Shown piece after piece: positions 48,138 through 58,415 of a stretch of 64,000 nucleotides of DNA. Under the pieces are notes generated by a model, which ran no database searches, had not been told where the DNA came from, and was given only the letters and a program-made list of their open reading frames with translations. The stretch's first letter is position 1, and the number at the start of each line of letters is the position of its first letter. The position numbers were made by a program, and so were the translations under genes. This DNA comes from Candidatus Omnitrophota bacterium (GTDB lineage: Bacteria; Omnitrophota; Gorgyraeia; Zapsychrales; Zapsychraceae): contig JAFGFL010000091.1 in the NCBI GenBank assembly GCA_016931055.1, forward strand, positions 42,108 through 106,107, given 5' to 3'.

Positions 48138-49315
48138 TCAAAGAGGTGATTTTTATTGCTAATTTCCCATGGACCCAACGGGACAACGAGCGTTTTGGCG
48201 TTGATATTTTGCAGAAGCAAGGGGCTTTCAAGATTTCGGTTTTAGATGTTACTCGGGCGTTTTTGCCGTATCTACCAGAAGAAAAATTGTCTGAACCTTC
48301 TTTCTCAACCGAAGTTCGAAGGCTGAATAGTGCGGAAGAGATTCCGAGAGCTATGGCGGGGATTGATCCTAAAACAGCTTTTGTGTTTGTTTTGCTGGGA
48401 GAAGATCCGAAACGACGATTGATTTACCGACTGTTGTCTAAACATCAAATACGTTACGGAGTCATAACGACCAATTTATTTCCGGTCCCTCCTGTCACGA
48501 TGGATAATGTGTTGTCGAAACTGGGAAGTCCGAGCCGTGCTTACGCGTTTCTCAGCGCAAAGGTAAGAAAAATGTGTTTTCTTTTGACTAATCGTATCAT
48601 GCCGTTAAGAAGCGTTGATTTGTGGGTCACGACGAATAAAGACGATATTTCCCGATATTCCTTTCCCAGGGATAATAAGACAGAGTTCCTTCTTGGACAC
48701 GCGTTTGATTATGATTTGTTCCTGAACAGGAAAGCAAATGAAACGGATTCAACAGAAAGAACATGTGTTTTTATCGATCAATATCTGGCTTTTCATCCTG
48801 ATTTTGCCCGGTTTAATATCAAATCATATGTGTGTGCCGACCAATACTATCCGTCGATATGCCGGTTCTTTGAATATTTGGAAAAGAACTTAAACTGCGG
48901 TATTAAGATTGCGGCGCACCCTCGATCTGATTATTCAATTTATGGTGACTGCTTTAAAGGGAGGCCTATCGTTAAGGGAAGAACCCATGACCTGATGGCG
49001 GAGGCATCTTACGTTGTCGCGCATAACTCGACGGCTTTGAATTTCGCGGTGCTTTACAGAAAACCGGTTCTTTTTGTGACAACCAATGAATTAAAAGTTA
49101 CTCCTTCTCACGCGTTTGTCGAAGCGATGGCGGCATGGTTGGGAAAAGTCCCCATTAACATTGATGAATCGCTGGACAAAATCAATTTGAATTTAGAGTT
49201 GGTAGTGAATGAGGAAAAATACTGCGCTTATGAAGAAAGATTTATAAAAATGCCGGGGACGTCCCAAAAACCTTTATGGGAAATCATCACCCGAAGGCTT
49301 AAACAATATGTGTAG
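48128..49315 (+). CDS. putative GT-B glycosyltransferase / capsule-synthesis-like protein
   Basis: HAFDYD, VFIDQ, IAAHPR, HNSTALNFAVLYRKPV resemble C-lobes of CMP-sugar transferases. Confidence 0.5.
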   Translation: MAIIKEVIFIANFPWTQRDNERFGVDILQKQGAFKISVLDVTRAFLPYLPEEKLSEPSFSTEVRRLNSAEEIPRAMAGIDPKTAFVFVLLGEDPKRRLIYRLLSKHQIRYGVITTNLFPVPPVTMDNVLSKLGSPSRAYAFLSAKVRKMCFLLTNRIMPLRSVDLWVTTNKDDISRYSFPRDNKTEFLLGHAFDYDLFLNRKANETDSTERTCVFIDQYLAFHPDFARFNIKSYVCADQYYPSICRFFEYLEKNLNCGIKIAAHPRSDYSIYGDCFKGRPIVKGRTHDLMAEASYVVAHNSTALNFAVLYRKPVLFVTTNELKVTPSHAFVEAMAAWLGKVPINIDESLDKINLNLELVVNEEKYCAYEERFIKMPGTSQKPLWEIITRRLKQYV

Positions 49316-49324
49316 GAACGGACA

Positions 49325-50752
49325 ATGGATATGAAAAAGAACGAAATCAGAAATGTGGAAAAATTGCTCGTCAGTAAGGCCGAGACAATCAAGACGACGA
49401 TGCGTATCATTGACGCGGGGGCCGTGAAGACGGCGCTGGTGGTCGATGAGAAAAAGAGGCTTTGCGGAGTTATAACGGATGGAGATATCAGAAGAGGAAT
49501 ATTGCAGGGAGTGTCTATTGATGAAAATGTCACGAAGATCATGAATGCAAATCCGGTCTTTGAATATGAACATTCCTTCTCGAAAGAAAGAATACTCGAA
49601 GAGATAAAAAAACGGGGATTAACGGGGGTACCATTACTGGATAAAAATAACGTTGTTAAAGAATTTGTCATGGCATCGGAAGGGGCAAATCCCCATCATT
49701 TCAACACCCATCCGTTGATCAGCAAGCATTTAAAATGTATTCTGGTGATCGGCGGGGCCGGATATATCGGTTCAATCTTGACGCGGAAGCTGCTGAAGAA
49801 AGGATACAAAGTCAATGTGTTGGACATGCTGTTATATGGGGAAGATTCTTTGCGCGAATGTCTAGTTGATCCTGGTTTGAAGCTTATCAGGGGAGACACG
49901 CGGCACATTGAAGATATTACGGAGGCCATGCGGGGGGTTGATGCCGTTGTCCATCTGGCGGAATTGGTCGGCGATCCCGCTTGCGCCCTGAAACCGATAA
50001 CAACGCAGGAAATCAATTATTTTGCCACAGAGACAATTGCTTCGGTCTGCAAACATTTTCAAATAAACAGGCTGGTGTACGTCTCATCGTGCAGTGTTTA
50101 CGGCGCTTCCCGAAAAAATGAGTTGTTGACGGAAGAGGCCGAACTGAATCCGGTCTCGTTGTACGCGAAAATGAAGATGGCTTCCGAGAAGGCCTTGATG
50201 GAAATGAAAGATTCCAATTTTCTGCCCACGATTTTGAGATTGGGAACGGTGTTTGGGTTTTCACATCGGCCGAGATTTGATCTGGTTGTCAATGTCTTGA
50301 CAGCCAGGGCGCTCAAGGAGGGGGAAATTACGATCATGGGAGGGAAGCAATGGCGGCCTAACGTTTATGTCAGGGATGTGGCGGATACGATTATTTCGGT
50401 GTTGGAGGCGCCTTTAGAGAAAGTGGGAGGAGAGATTTTCAATGTGGGATCGAGCCATAACAATCACATGATCGCCGAGATTGGGGAAATGGTTCAAGAG
50501 GCCGTCCCGACCGCGCGGATGATAGTAAACAGTCAAAGCGATGATTTGCGTGATTACAGGATAAATTTTGATAAATTACGGAATGTCCTGAATATTGAAC
50601 TTGATAAGAGCGTGAAGTTTGGCATTGAGGAAGTAAAAGCGGCTTTAACAACATGTCCCGGCATTGATTACAAGGAAAAGAAATACAGCAACATAAAAGT
50701 GTGGAAAGAAATGAATATGATGAACCAGGAAGAAGCCTGTTTTAAGGAGTAG
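49325..50752 (+). CDS. CBS-pair + extended SDR NDP-sugar epimerase/dehydratase fusion
   Basis: N-term CBS pair (LVVDEKKRLCGVITDGDIRRGIL, IMN, VPLLD). SDR IGGAGYIGS, HLAELVGDPAC, SSCSVYG, YAKMK, RFDLVVN. Confidence 0.88.
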   Translation: MDMKKNEIRNVEKLLVSKAETIKTTMRIIDAGAVKTALVVDEKKRLCGVITDGDIRRGILQGVSIDENVTKIMNANPVFEYEHSFSKERILEEIKKRGLTGVPLLDKNNVVKEFVMASEGANPHHFNTHPLISKHLKCILVIGGAGYIGSILTRKLLKKGYKVNVLDMLLYGEDSLRECLVDPGLKLIRGDTRHIEDITEAMRGVDAVVHLAELVGDPACALKPITTQEINYFATETIASVCKHFQINRLVYVSSCSVYGASRKNELLTEEAELNPVSLYAKMKMASEKALMEMKDSNFLPTILRLGTVFGFSHRPRFDLVVNVLTARALKEGEITIMGGKQWRPNVYVRDVADTIISVLEAPLEKVGGEIFNVGSSHNNHMIAEIGEMVQEAVPTARMIVNSQSDDLRDYRINFDKLRNVLNIELDKSVKFGIEEVKAALTTCPGIDYKEKKYSNIKVWKEMNMMNQEEACFKE

Positions 50753-50801
50753 AACAAAAGTTCATCGTCAAATGTTGTATGGAAAAAGCGGGGGTTAGTC
50801 T

Positions 50802-51575
50802 ATGAAAGTCGTTATTCTGTGCGGTGGGCTGGGAATGCGTTTAAGGGAAGAAACCGAAGTCAAACCGAAACCGATGGTGGAAATCGGCGGCATGCCGATT
50901 CTCTGGCATATTATGAAAACATACGCCTATTACGGTTTCAATGAGTTTGTCCTTTGTCTGGGATATAAAGGAGAAGCCATAAAGAAATATTTCTATAATT
51001 ATGAGATCATGGCAAACGATTTTACGGTGGAGCTTGGAACAAAAAAGATCGAAATCTATTCCAAACATTCCGAGAACGGATGGAAGGTGACACTTGTTGA
51101 CACGGGATTAAACGTGATGACGGGGGCCCGGCTTAAGAAAGTGGAACGGTTCATCGATTCCGACACCTTCATGCTTACCTACGGTGACGGCGTGATCGAC
51201 CTGGACATCAACAAATTATTGGCATTTCACAAGTCTCATGGAAAAATCGGAACAGTCACGGGGGTTTTTCCGCTTTTGACCTATGGGGAACTTTCCATTC
51301 GGGGAGACAGGGTTTTGTCCTTTGAGGAGAAACCCGCGAATGATAAGCATTCGATCAGTGGCGGGTATTTTGTATTCAATAAGAGAATATTTGATTATCT
51401 GAGCGAAAAAGACAGTTGCGTGCTGGAAAGAGAAGCTCTTAAGAAACTGGTCGATGAAGAACAATTGAAGGTTTTTGTTCATAATGGTTTTTGGCAGTGT
51501 ATGGATACCTATCGGGATTATGTTTATCTTCAGGAGATATGGAAGAAAAGTGAGGCGTTGTGGAAAAAATGGTAA
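50802..51575 (+). CDS. rfbF: glucose-1-phosphate cytidylyltransferase
   Basis: ILCGGLGMRLREETEVKPKPMVEIG, PILWHIMK, WKVTLVDTG, LTYGDG, HNGFWQCMDT. Confidence 0.92.
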   Translation: MKVVILCGGLGMRLREETEVKPKPMVEIGGMPILWHIMKTYAYYGFNEFVLCLGYKGEAIKKYFYNYEIMANDFTVELGTKKIEIYSKHSENGWKVTLVDTGLNVMTGARLKKVERFIDSDTFMLTYGDGVIDLDINKLLAFHKSHGKIGTVTGVFPLLTYGELSIRGDRVLSFEEKPANDKHSISGGYFVFNKRIFDYLSEKDSCVLEREALKKLVDEEQLKVFVHNGFWQCMDTYRDYVYLQEIWKKSEALWKKW

Positions 51576-52693
51576 GAGATGTTCAACTGTTCCGGGATGT
51601 ATATCGAGGAAAACGTGTCTTGGTGACGGGGCATACGGGATTCAAAGGTTCATGGCTGGCCCTTTGGCTTCTTGAACTAGGCGCTGAAGTCGCGGGATTT
51701 TCGAAATGCCTGCCTTCTGATCCGTGTCATTTTGACGCGACCGGTTTGAAAAAGAAACTCACTGATTATCGGGGGGATATCAGGAACCTGGGCGCGCTTG
51801 AGAAAGTCTTCAAGAAATTCCGTCCCCAAATCGTTTTTCATCTGGCCGCGCAACCTATTGTGCGTGAATCATATGATTTCCCAAAACTCACATTTGACAC
51901 GAATCTGGGCGGGACGGTCAATATTTTGGAATGCGTCAAAACATTTCCCAAAGTGGAAGCGGCGGTCATTATTACAAGCGACAAATGTTATGAAAATGTG
52001 GGATGGGATCAGGGATACCGTGAGACAGACCGTTTAGGCGGTGAGGACCCTTATAGTGCTTCCAAGGCCTGCGCGGAAATCGCGAGCAGAGCTTATATCC
52101 TGTCATATTTCAGTCAATCTGAAGGACCTCGGGTGACAACAACACGCGCCGGAAATGTCATTGGCGGGGGGGATTGGGCGCAGGACAGGATTATTCCTGA
52201 TTGTGTCCGGGCCTGGAGCCAGGGGAAAATACCGATTATCCGCAAGCCTGACGCGACGCGACCATGGCAGCATGTTTTGGAACCGTTAAGCGGATATCTC
52301 TGGCTGGGGTCCTGTTTGCTCAAAGATCCCAAGTTGGTTGGAGAGCCCTTTAATTTCGGGCCGAAGTGTAATGAGGTCAAATCGGTCCGAGAATTGGTTG
52401 ATTTATTTTTACGGTATTGGGGGGAGGGGGCCTGGAACCATGAGCCAACGGAAGGGGGCAAGAAAGAGGCGGCGTTACTGCAATTGTCTTGCGATAAGGC
52501 TTTAAAACTGATTTCTTGGCGTCCTGTTTTGTCTTTTAATGAGACAGTTGAAATGACGGCCCAGTGGTACAAAAAGTATTATAAGGGCCGCGGTGATTAT
52601 TATGATTTTGCCTGCCGGCAAATTGACCAATACATACAAAAGGCGGTTGCGGTTGGCCAGCCGTGGGTATCAAGGGCCGGGGACAAGAAATGA
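51569..52693 (+). CDS. rfbG: CDP-glucose 4,6-dehydratase
   Basis: TGHTGFKGSWL, HLAAQPIVRESY, TSDKCY, DPYSASKA, RAGNVIGGGDW, RPWQHVLEPL. Confidence 0.95.
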   Translation: MVRDVQLFRDVYRGKRVLVTGHTGFKGSWLALWLLELGAEVAGFSKCLPSDPCHFDATGLKKKLTDYRGDIRNLGALEKVFKKFRPQIVFHLAAQPIVRESYDFPKLTFDTNLGGTVNILECVKTFPKVEAAVIITSDKCYENVGWDQGYRETDRLGGEDPYSASKACAEIASRAYILSYFSQSEGPRVTTTRAGNVIGGGDWAQDRIIPDCVRAWSQGKIPIIRKPDATRPWQHVLEPLSGYLWLGSCLLKDPKLVGEPFNFGPKCNEVKSVRELVDLFLRYWGEGAWNHEPTEGGKKEAALLQLSCDKALKLISWRPVLSFNETVEMTAQWYKKYYKGRGDYYDFACRQIDQYIQKAVAVGQPWVSRAGDKK

Positions 52694-53130
52694 TTGACGG
52701 CGTATTGATTAAACCATTGAAAGTCATCACAAACGAAAAGGGCGATGTGAGGCAGATGGTCCGTTGTGATGACCCGTTTTTCAAAAACTTTGGTGAAATC
52801 TATTTCTCTTTTATAGAACCTGGTTTCGTGAAAGGTTGGAAAAAGCATCTTCGTCAGACCCAGCATTATGCTGTTCCGATCGGGAAGATAAAGCTTGTTT
52901 TATACGATGCCCGAACGAAGTCGCCCACGAAAGGTCAAGTCCAGGAAATTATTGTCGGCGCCCGAAATTACCAGTTGGTGCGAATTCCTCCGCGCGTATG
53001 GTATGCGTTTCAGGCTGTCGGAAGGACCAAAGCTTTGATAGCCAACTGTGCGGACAGGCCGCATGAGCCGAAAGAGTCTATCAATATAGAGATCTCGGAC
53101 CAATCGATACCCTATACTTGGAAGGTGTAA
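52690..53130 (+). CDS. RmlC-like cupin NDP-4-keto-6-deoxyhexose 3(,5)-epimerase
   Basis: FGEIYFS, VKGWKKH, VLYDAR, IPPRVWYAF. Confidence 0.85.
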   Translation: MIDGVLIKPLKVITNEKGDVRQMVRCDDPFFKNFGEIYFSFIEPGFVKGWKKHLRQTQHYAVPIGKIKLVLYDARTKSPTKGQVQEIIVGARNYQLVRIPPRVWYAFQAVGRTKALIANCADRPHEPKESINIEISDQSIPYTWKV

Positions 53131-53133
53131 TCA

Positions 53134-54096
53134 ATGAATATTTTAATCACAGGCGGGTTGGGATATATCGGAGGACGTCTGGCTGCGTATATTAAGGAAA
53201 CAACTAAAAACAAAGTTGTCCTTTCAACGCGCAATAAAGAGAAGAAATTGCCTGCCTGGGCCGCGGATTTTCGTGTCCTTCGAATGGATGTTCTCGATAG
53301 GAATTCCATTGAGCAGTGCCTGAACGAGTCTCAGCCGGATGTCGTTATTCATTTGGGTGCCAGCAATATCAATGAATGTAATGAAAATTCTCAAATGGCG
53401 ATTGATGTGAACGTGAAGGGGACCTATCGGCTTTTGGAAGCGGCCCATCAAGTCGGGGTGAAACGGTTTGTATATTTATCGACTTTTCATGTTTACGGAG
53501 ATCTTAAGGGCCGAATCACCGAGAAGACGATCCCGAAACCCGCCAGTATGTATGCTGTCACGAAACGATGCGGTGAAGATTTTGTTTCTTGTTTTCGCTT
53601 GCGCCATCACATGCAAACGCTGATCTTAAGACTTTCCAACGTGTATGGATGCCCCATGGATAAGGATGTCAATGTATGGCCGCTGGCGTTTAATTCTTTC
53701 TGCCGGCAGTGTGTGGAGAACGGGAAAATACTCATCAAGTCCAATCAATACAGGGATTTCATCGCCATGAGCGATGTCGTCAGGGCGGTTTGTTATCTCC
53801 TCTTTGATGTTCCTGACCAATGGCAAGAGGGTGTATTTAACTTAGGGGGAGATCAAAGCATGTCTGTTCTGAAGGCCGCTCGGCAAGTGGCCAGTATTTA
53901 TGGGGAATACAGCGGTAAGCGTTTGGTCCCTGTTGAACGGCCGTTAGAAGATCCGGGTCAAATGATGATGAACCCGTTTCGTTATTCCATTGACAAACTC
54001 AAGCACGCTGGCTTCCAAGTGGAAGGAAAGATGAAGGAAGAAGTTATAAAGACAATAATGATGTGTGAAGCGCTTAAGAAGGAAAGACCTGTATGA
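53134..54096 (+). CDS. extended SDR, probable NDP-4-keto-6-deoxyhexose reductase
   Basis: TGGLGYIGG, STFHVYG, YAVTK, RLSNVYG, RDFI. Confidence 0.85.
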   Translation: MNILITGGLGYIGGRLAAYIKETTKNKVVLSTRNKEKKLPAWAADFRVLRMDVLDRNSIEQCLNESQPDVVIHLGASNINECNENSQMAIDVNVKGTYRLLEAAHQVGVKRFVYLSTFHVYGDLKGRITEKTIPKPASMYAVTKRCGEDFVSCFRLRHHMQTLILRLSNVYGCPMDKDVNVWPLAFNSFCRQCVENGKILIKSNQYRDFIAMSDVVRAVCYLLFDVPDQWQEGVFNLGGDQSMSVLKAARQVASIYGEYSGKRLVPVERPLEDPGQMMMNPFRYSIDKLKHAGFQVEGKMKEEVIKTIMMCEALKKERPV

Positions 54097-55052
54097 ATCA
54101 GCCGTTAGTTTCGGTTGTGATGCCGACTTATAATCAAGCGCCATTTATCGAAGAAGCCATCAAATCTGTTTTGTCGCAGACTTACCGCCATATCGAATTG
54201 ATCATCATTGACAATTTTTCGACGGATAATACAAGACAAATCGTGGAATCTTTTGTGGACCCACGGGTAAGGTATCAGCCATTTGCCAATCAGGGGATCA
54301 TTGCCGCTTCACGGAATCTCGGAATAAAACAGGCCAAGGGAGAATATGTCGCTTTTATCGACTCGGATGACGTGTGGTTTGAAAATAAACTCAGATTGCA
54401 GATAGACGCGTTTAATGAAGATCCCGAGATAGGGTTGGTGTCTTGCCTTTTTGTTGTTAAGGGAGCGGGGGGAGATGGAAAGATCCTTGGCCCAAAGGAG
54501 AGGGGAATCCGCGGGCATTTATATGACCAGTTATTAAACTCAAATTTCATCGTAGGCTCATCGGTGGTTGTGAAGGGATCTGTTTTTGGGGAATTGGGCT
54601 ATTTCGACGAGTCATCTGAATTGCGGTGTGTGGAAGATTTTGATTTGTGGCTGAGGATCGCGCGGAGTAAAAAGGTGGTTTTCATACCCGAAATTCAGGG
54701 TATCTATCGACTCCATGCCTTAAATGCGAATGTCGAAGAGAGCCGGCTCGAGAAAGCATTGAGGGTCATTGACAAGCATTATGCGCACGGTTGGACGACG
54801 AAACAAAGGGCTGACCGGGCCAAGGCGAATTTTTATTTTAGAGAAGGCTGGTTTCTTATTGGACGCGACAACAAACGGGCGCGGTCTTATTTCAAGCGGG
54901 CCTTGGGTTTGGGGTCCAGAAGCGCGCGGCTCATTTTGTTGAGCATGTTTGGATTAACGCTTTCCGTCTTGCCATGGCTTTACCGGTTTATTCGGCGAAG
55001 AAATTTAGATAGAAAAATTAATCATAAAATACTGAATCCGCAGAATCTATAA
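54093..55052 (+). CDS. GT2 glycosyltransferase
   Basis: VSVVMPTYN, IIDNFSTD, SRNLGI, FIDSDD, EDFDLWLR. Confidence 0.93.
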   Translation: MNQPLVSVVMPTYNQAPFIEEAIKSVLSQTYRHIELIIIDNFSTDNTRQIVESFVDPRVRYQPFANQGIIAASRNLGIKQAKGEYVAFIDSDDVWFENKLRLQIDAFNEDPEIGLVSCLFVVKGAGGDGKILGPKERGIRGHLYDQLLNSNFIVGSSVVVKGSVFGELGYFDESSELRCVEDFDLWLRIARSKKVVFIPEIQGIYRLHALNANVEESRLEKALRVIDKHYAHGWTTKQRADRAKANFYFREGWFLIGRDNKRARSYFKRALGLGSRSARLILLSMFGLTLSVLPWLYRFIRRRNLDRKINHKILNPQNL

Positions 55053-55053
55053 G

Positions 55054-56712
55054 ATGGATCACTCACAAAAGCGAAATAAATTGGATGAAACCTTAAGCTT
55101 CACGGGAATGACCGCTATTGCTATTTTCTCATTCTTTTACGTATTACTCCATAATACTTTCGCGGAAATCAACATTCAGTTGTCTTTTCTTGATTTTCCT
55201 GTTTTTGTTGGTGAAATTTTGATGTTCATTGGCACGGGAATATTTTTGTCTAAAGTCTGGATTCACTGGCGGAAACCGGCCCGTTGGCATTATGTTCTGG
55301 CTTTATATTTTGTTTTTGTCGTCGGGAAAGCTTTGCATGGATATTTTTCGTGGAATGCTCTGTCCTTCCGTAACGCGGCGTTGATGTATTATCCCGTTTT
55401 TGCCATTTTCACGTACTGTTTTTATTCGCGCAATTATTTCAACACGGAAAGAAAAACGATCATTCTGTTGCTGATGATTTTGTTATTGGCGAATGGTGTT
55501 TTTCACCACTATTGGGTTGTGACTTGTTTTATTCTGGCAAACATCCTTATCAGGACGTATTCCAACAAGGTCATAAGAATATTCTTGTTTATAGTTTTGT
55601 GGGTGGTCACGCCATATAAACTAATGTTTTTTACTTCCAGGATGATGCTCATCAGTCATTGTGTCACGTTTCTTTTTCTGTTTACTACCTTAGGTATTGT
55701 GATGAATGGTAAGCTGAGGATCAAACTGTTGATTCTCTTCGTTGGGACATTATGGGTGGCTTGGGGGATATTCAACTTCTCTAATCTCAACAGGGCAAAA
55801 TCAATCGTTCGGATTGGAAAAATGATTGAGGTGTTCCGCGCCTTTGATGAACGGGTTCAAAAAGAAAAGGATGGTTATGTTCTGGAACAACGGGATCCGG
55901 CCAAGGTTTTTAATCCGGAAAGAGTAAACAATAATCTTTATGTGAGATTAGCGGAAATAAAGAAAGATGAAAATGTTGAGCTCTTGCAGCAGGAATTTCC
56001 CTTACCTGCGATAAAAACTGTTTCGGATATGTCTTCCGCCACAGCATCGGAAGACAAAGAGAAACGTTCTTATGATTCAACAAAAGAATGGTTTGACAAG
56101 GAAGTCAGCAGGTTAATGGGAGAATATGCTTCGGGTGAATCAATCCATGGAGGAACGGTGGGGGAACGAAAGGATGTTTCAAAGGCGCGGCTGATTGACA
56201 GGGAAACTTCCGGGAAACTCAAAGACAAGGTCAAAGAAAGAAGTGATTATAACCCTCAGTTGGGGATCAACAATGCTGTTTTCCGGCTTCTCATTTGGCG
56301 AGACATGATCGTTGAATTGGCCAGGGAGAAACCCCTGTTTGGTTTCAATTTCGGGAAACCGCTGAGATCGGTCAGTCTGGAAATCCTGAATTGGGGAACG
56401 TGTGACTGGCAAAGGGATGGGTGGATTGCCGCGCATAATTCATATTTGCACATTATTTATCGGGCTGGCATGGTAGGTGTTATATTTATCTTCTCCTTGT
56501 TCTGGATATTAGGAAGAATGATCATTGAATTCGTCCGGATGAGATCGATCACGGGGATATTGATGTGTGGTATTCTTATTGAGTGGTTGGTGGCTGCTAA
56601 CTTTTTATTGATATTGGAATTGCCTTATACGGCGATACCAGTATGGAGTTTGTATGGGATCACGTTGGCGTATTTTCAGGAAAAGAGTCGAACGCAAAGG
56701 AGCGGAATATGA
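55054..56712 (+). CDS. Wzy_C/O-antigen-ligase-family membrane protein (ligase, polymerase or oligosaccharyltransferase)
   Basis: Many TM helices, TSR motif, large soluble loop, RLLIW..PLFGFNFG, AHNSYLHIIYRAGMVG. Confidence 0.8.
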   Translation: MDHSQKRNKLDETLSFTGMTAIAIFSFFYVLLHNTFAEINIQLSFLDFPVFVGEILMFIGTGIFLSKVWIHWRKPARWHYVLALYFVFVVGKALHGYFSWNALSFRNAALMYYPVFAIFTYCFYSRNYFNTERKTIILLLMILLLANGVFHHYWVVTCFILANILIRTYSNKVIRIFLFIVLWVVTPYKLMFFTSRMMLISHCVTFLFLFTTLGIVMNGKLRIKLLILFVGTLWVAWGIFNFSNLNRAKSIVRIGKMIEVFRAFDERVQKEKDGYVLEQRDPAKVFNPERVNNNLYVRLAEIKKDENVELLQQEFPLPAIKTVSDMSSATASEDKEKRSYDSTKEWFDKEVSRLMGEYASGESIHGGTVGERKDVSKARLIDRETSGKLKDKVKERSDYNPQLGINNAVFRLLIWRDMIVELAREKPLFGFNFGKPLRSVSLEILNWGTCDWQRDGWIAAHNSYLHIIYRAGMVGVIFIFSLFWILGRMIIEFVRMRSITGILMCGILIEWLVAANFLLILELPYTAIPVWSLYGITLAYFQEKSRTQRSGI

Positions 56713-57701
56713 AGTGGAACGGAAAGAACGTATTGGTCACTGGGGCTGATGGATTTATCGGAAGCCATCTGGTTGAACGTTTGGTAAAAATGGGCGCGGA
56801 GGTCCGGGCTTTTGTTTTTTATAACTCTTTTAACAGTTGGGGATGGCTGGACGGCTTTAAAGAAACAACACTCAAACAAGTCGATATCTTCTCGGGTGAT
56901 ATCAGAGATCCCAACGGCGTTTTGGAGGCGATGAAGGATATCGATATTGTTTTTCATTTGGCCGCTCTGATTGGGATCCCTTTTAGTTATCATTCGCCGG
57001 ACAGCTATGTGGACACGAATATCAAGGGAACATTAAATGTTTTGCAGGCGGCCAGAAAATGGAGCGTGAAGAAGGTTGTCCATACCTCAACCAGCGAGAT
57101 TTACGGGACGGCGCAATACGCGCCGATTGATGAAAGTCATCCTGTCAATCCCCAGTCGCCTTACGCGGCGACAAAAGCGGCGGCGGACAGTCTCGCGTTA
57201 TCGTTTTACCGTTCGTTTGATCTTCCGGTAACTATCTTAAGGCCATTTAATACCTTTGGGCCGCGTCAGTCGGCGCGAGCGATTATCCCGACAATCATTT
57301 CCCAAATTTATTCCGGAAAGAAATCCCTGATATTGGGAAATTTAAAAGCCACGCGGGATTTTAACTTTGTGGGGAACACAGTCGATGCTTTCCTGAAAGT
57401 GGCTGAATCAAAGAAATCGGTGGGAGAGATTTTTAATACGGGGAGCGGAAAGGAAGTGTCTATTGGAGAGATGGCCGATCTCATCATGAAAATCACTCAT
57501 AGAAAGGTTGAGATCAAGACTTCGAAAGACCGCTTGCGTCCGGAAAAAAGCGAAGTGGGACGGCTCATTTGTAATGCCCAAAAGATTCAGTCGGTTTGCG
57601 GTTGGAACCCGGAGACAAGCCTGGAAGAAGGTCTGACGTTGACCTGTCGGTGGATAAAAGAAAACATGAACCATTTTAAAACGGATATTTATAATGTCTA
57701 A
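56709..57701 (+). CDS. NDP-GlcNAc 4,6-dehydratase, LegB-like
   Basis: TGADGFIGSHL, YNSFNSWGWLD, HLAALIGIPFSY, TSTSEIYG, QSPYAATK, RPFNTFGPRQSARA, RLRPEKSEV. ATG 56709. Confidence 0.88.
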   Translation: MKWNGKNVLVTGADGFIGSHLVERLVKMGAEVRAFVFYNSFNSWGWLDGFKETTLKQVDIFSGDIRDPNGVLEAMKDIDIVFHLAALIGIPFSYHSPDSYVDTNIKGTLNVLQAARKWSVKKVVHTSTSEIYGTAQYAPIDESHPVNPQSPYAATKAAADSLALSFYRSFDLPVTILRPFNTFGPRQSARAIIPTIISQIYSGKKSLILGNLKATRDFNFVGNTVDAFLKVAESKKSVGEIFNTGSGKEVSIGEMADLIMKITHRKVEIKTSKDRLRPEKSEVGRLICNAQKIQSVCGWNPETSLEEGLTLTCRWIKENMNHFKTDIYNV

Positions 57702-58413
57702 AATTCAAGCGGTGATTCTTGCCGGCGGGAAAGGCTCGCGGTTAAGGCCTTACACGACGGTTCTTCCAAAACCTCTGATGCCCCTGGGGGAGTTTCCCAT
57801 CGCGGAGGTTATTGTCCGTCAACTGAAAAGTTTCGGGCTGGCCAATATTGTCATTTCGACGGGACATCTTGCCGAATTGATCGAGGCGTATTTTGGGAAC
57901 GGGAAACGGTGGGGAGTGAATATTCGTTATGTCAGGGAAGACCGGGCTCTGGGAACAGCGGGCGCCCTGAAGCTTATCAAGAATCTGGAAAGTGATTTCC
58001 TGGCCATTAATGGAGATGTTTTGACGGATGTTGATTATGGCGCTTTATTGAAATTTCACAAAAGCAAAGGCGGGATAGCGACAATCACAGTCAAGGAAAG
58101 AGTGGTCATAACGGATTTTGGCGTTATTGAAGTGGGCAAGAACAGCGAGATGGCCGACTATATTGAGAAGCCCCAACTCAAATCGTTTATGAGTATCGGT
58201 GCCTATATTCTTAACAAACGCTGTAAGGCCTATATTAAGGAAGATGAATGCGTCGGAATGCCTGAATTGATGTTAAGAATGAAGCAATCGGGAGAGAAAG
58301 TATTTTGTTGCCCTACCCAGGCCATGTGGCTGGATCTTGGCCGGTTTGATGATTTTAATGCGGCCCAGGAACTTTTTGAAAAGAACAAGAAGAAGTTCAT
58401 TAACGGTTTCTGA
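57694..58413 (+). CDS. sugar-1-phosphate nucleotidyltransferase (PtmE/LegX-like catalytic domain, no CBS)
   Basis: ILAGGKGSRLRPYT..PKPL, LGTAGAL, NGDVLTD, EKP, WLDLG. Confidence 0.88.
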   Translation: MSKIQAVILAGGKGSRLRPYTTVLPKPLMPLGEFPIAEVIVRQLKSFGLANIVISTGHLAELIEAYFGNGKRWGVNIRYVREDRALGTAGALKLIKNLESDFLAINGDVLTDVDYGALLKFHKSKGGIATITVKERVVITDFGVIEVGKNSEMADYIEKPQLKSFMSIGAYILNKRCKAYIKEDECVGMPELMLRMKQSGEKVFCCPTQAMWLDLGRFDDFNAAQELFEKNKKKFINGF

Positions 58414-58415
58414 TA

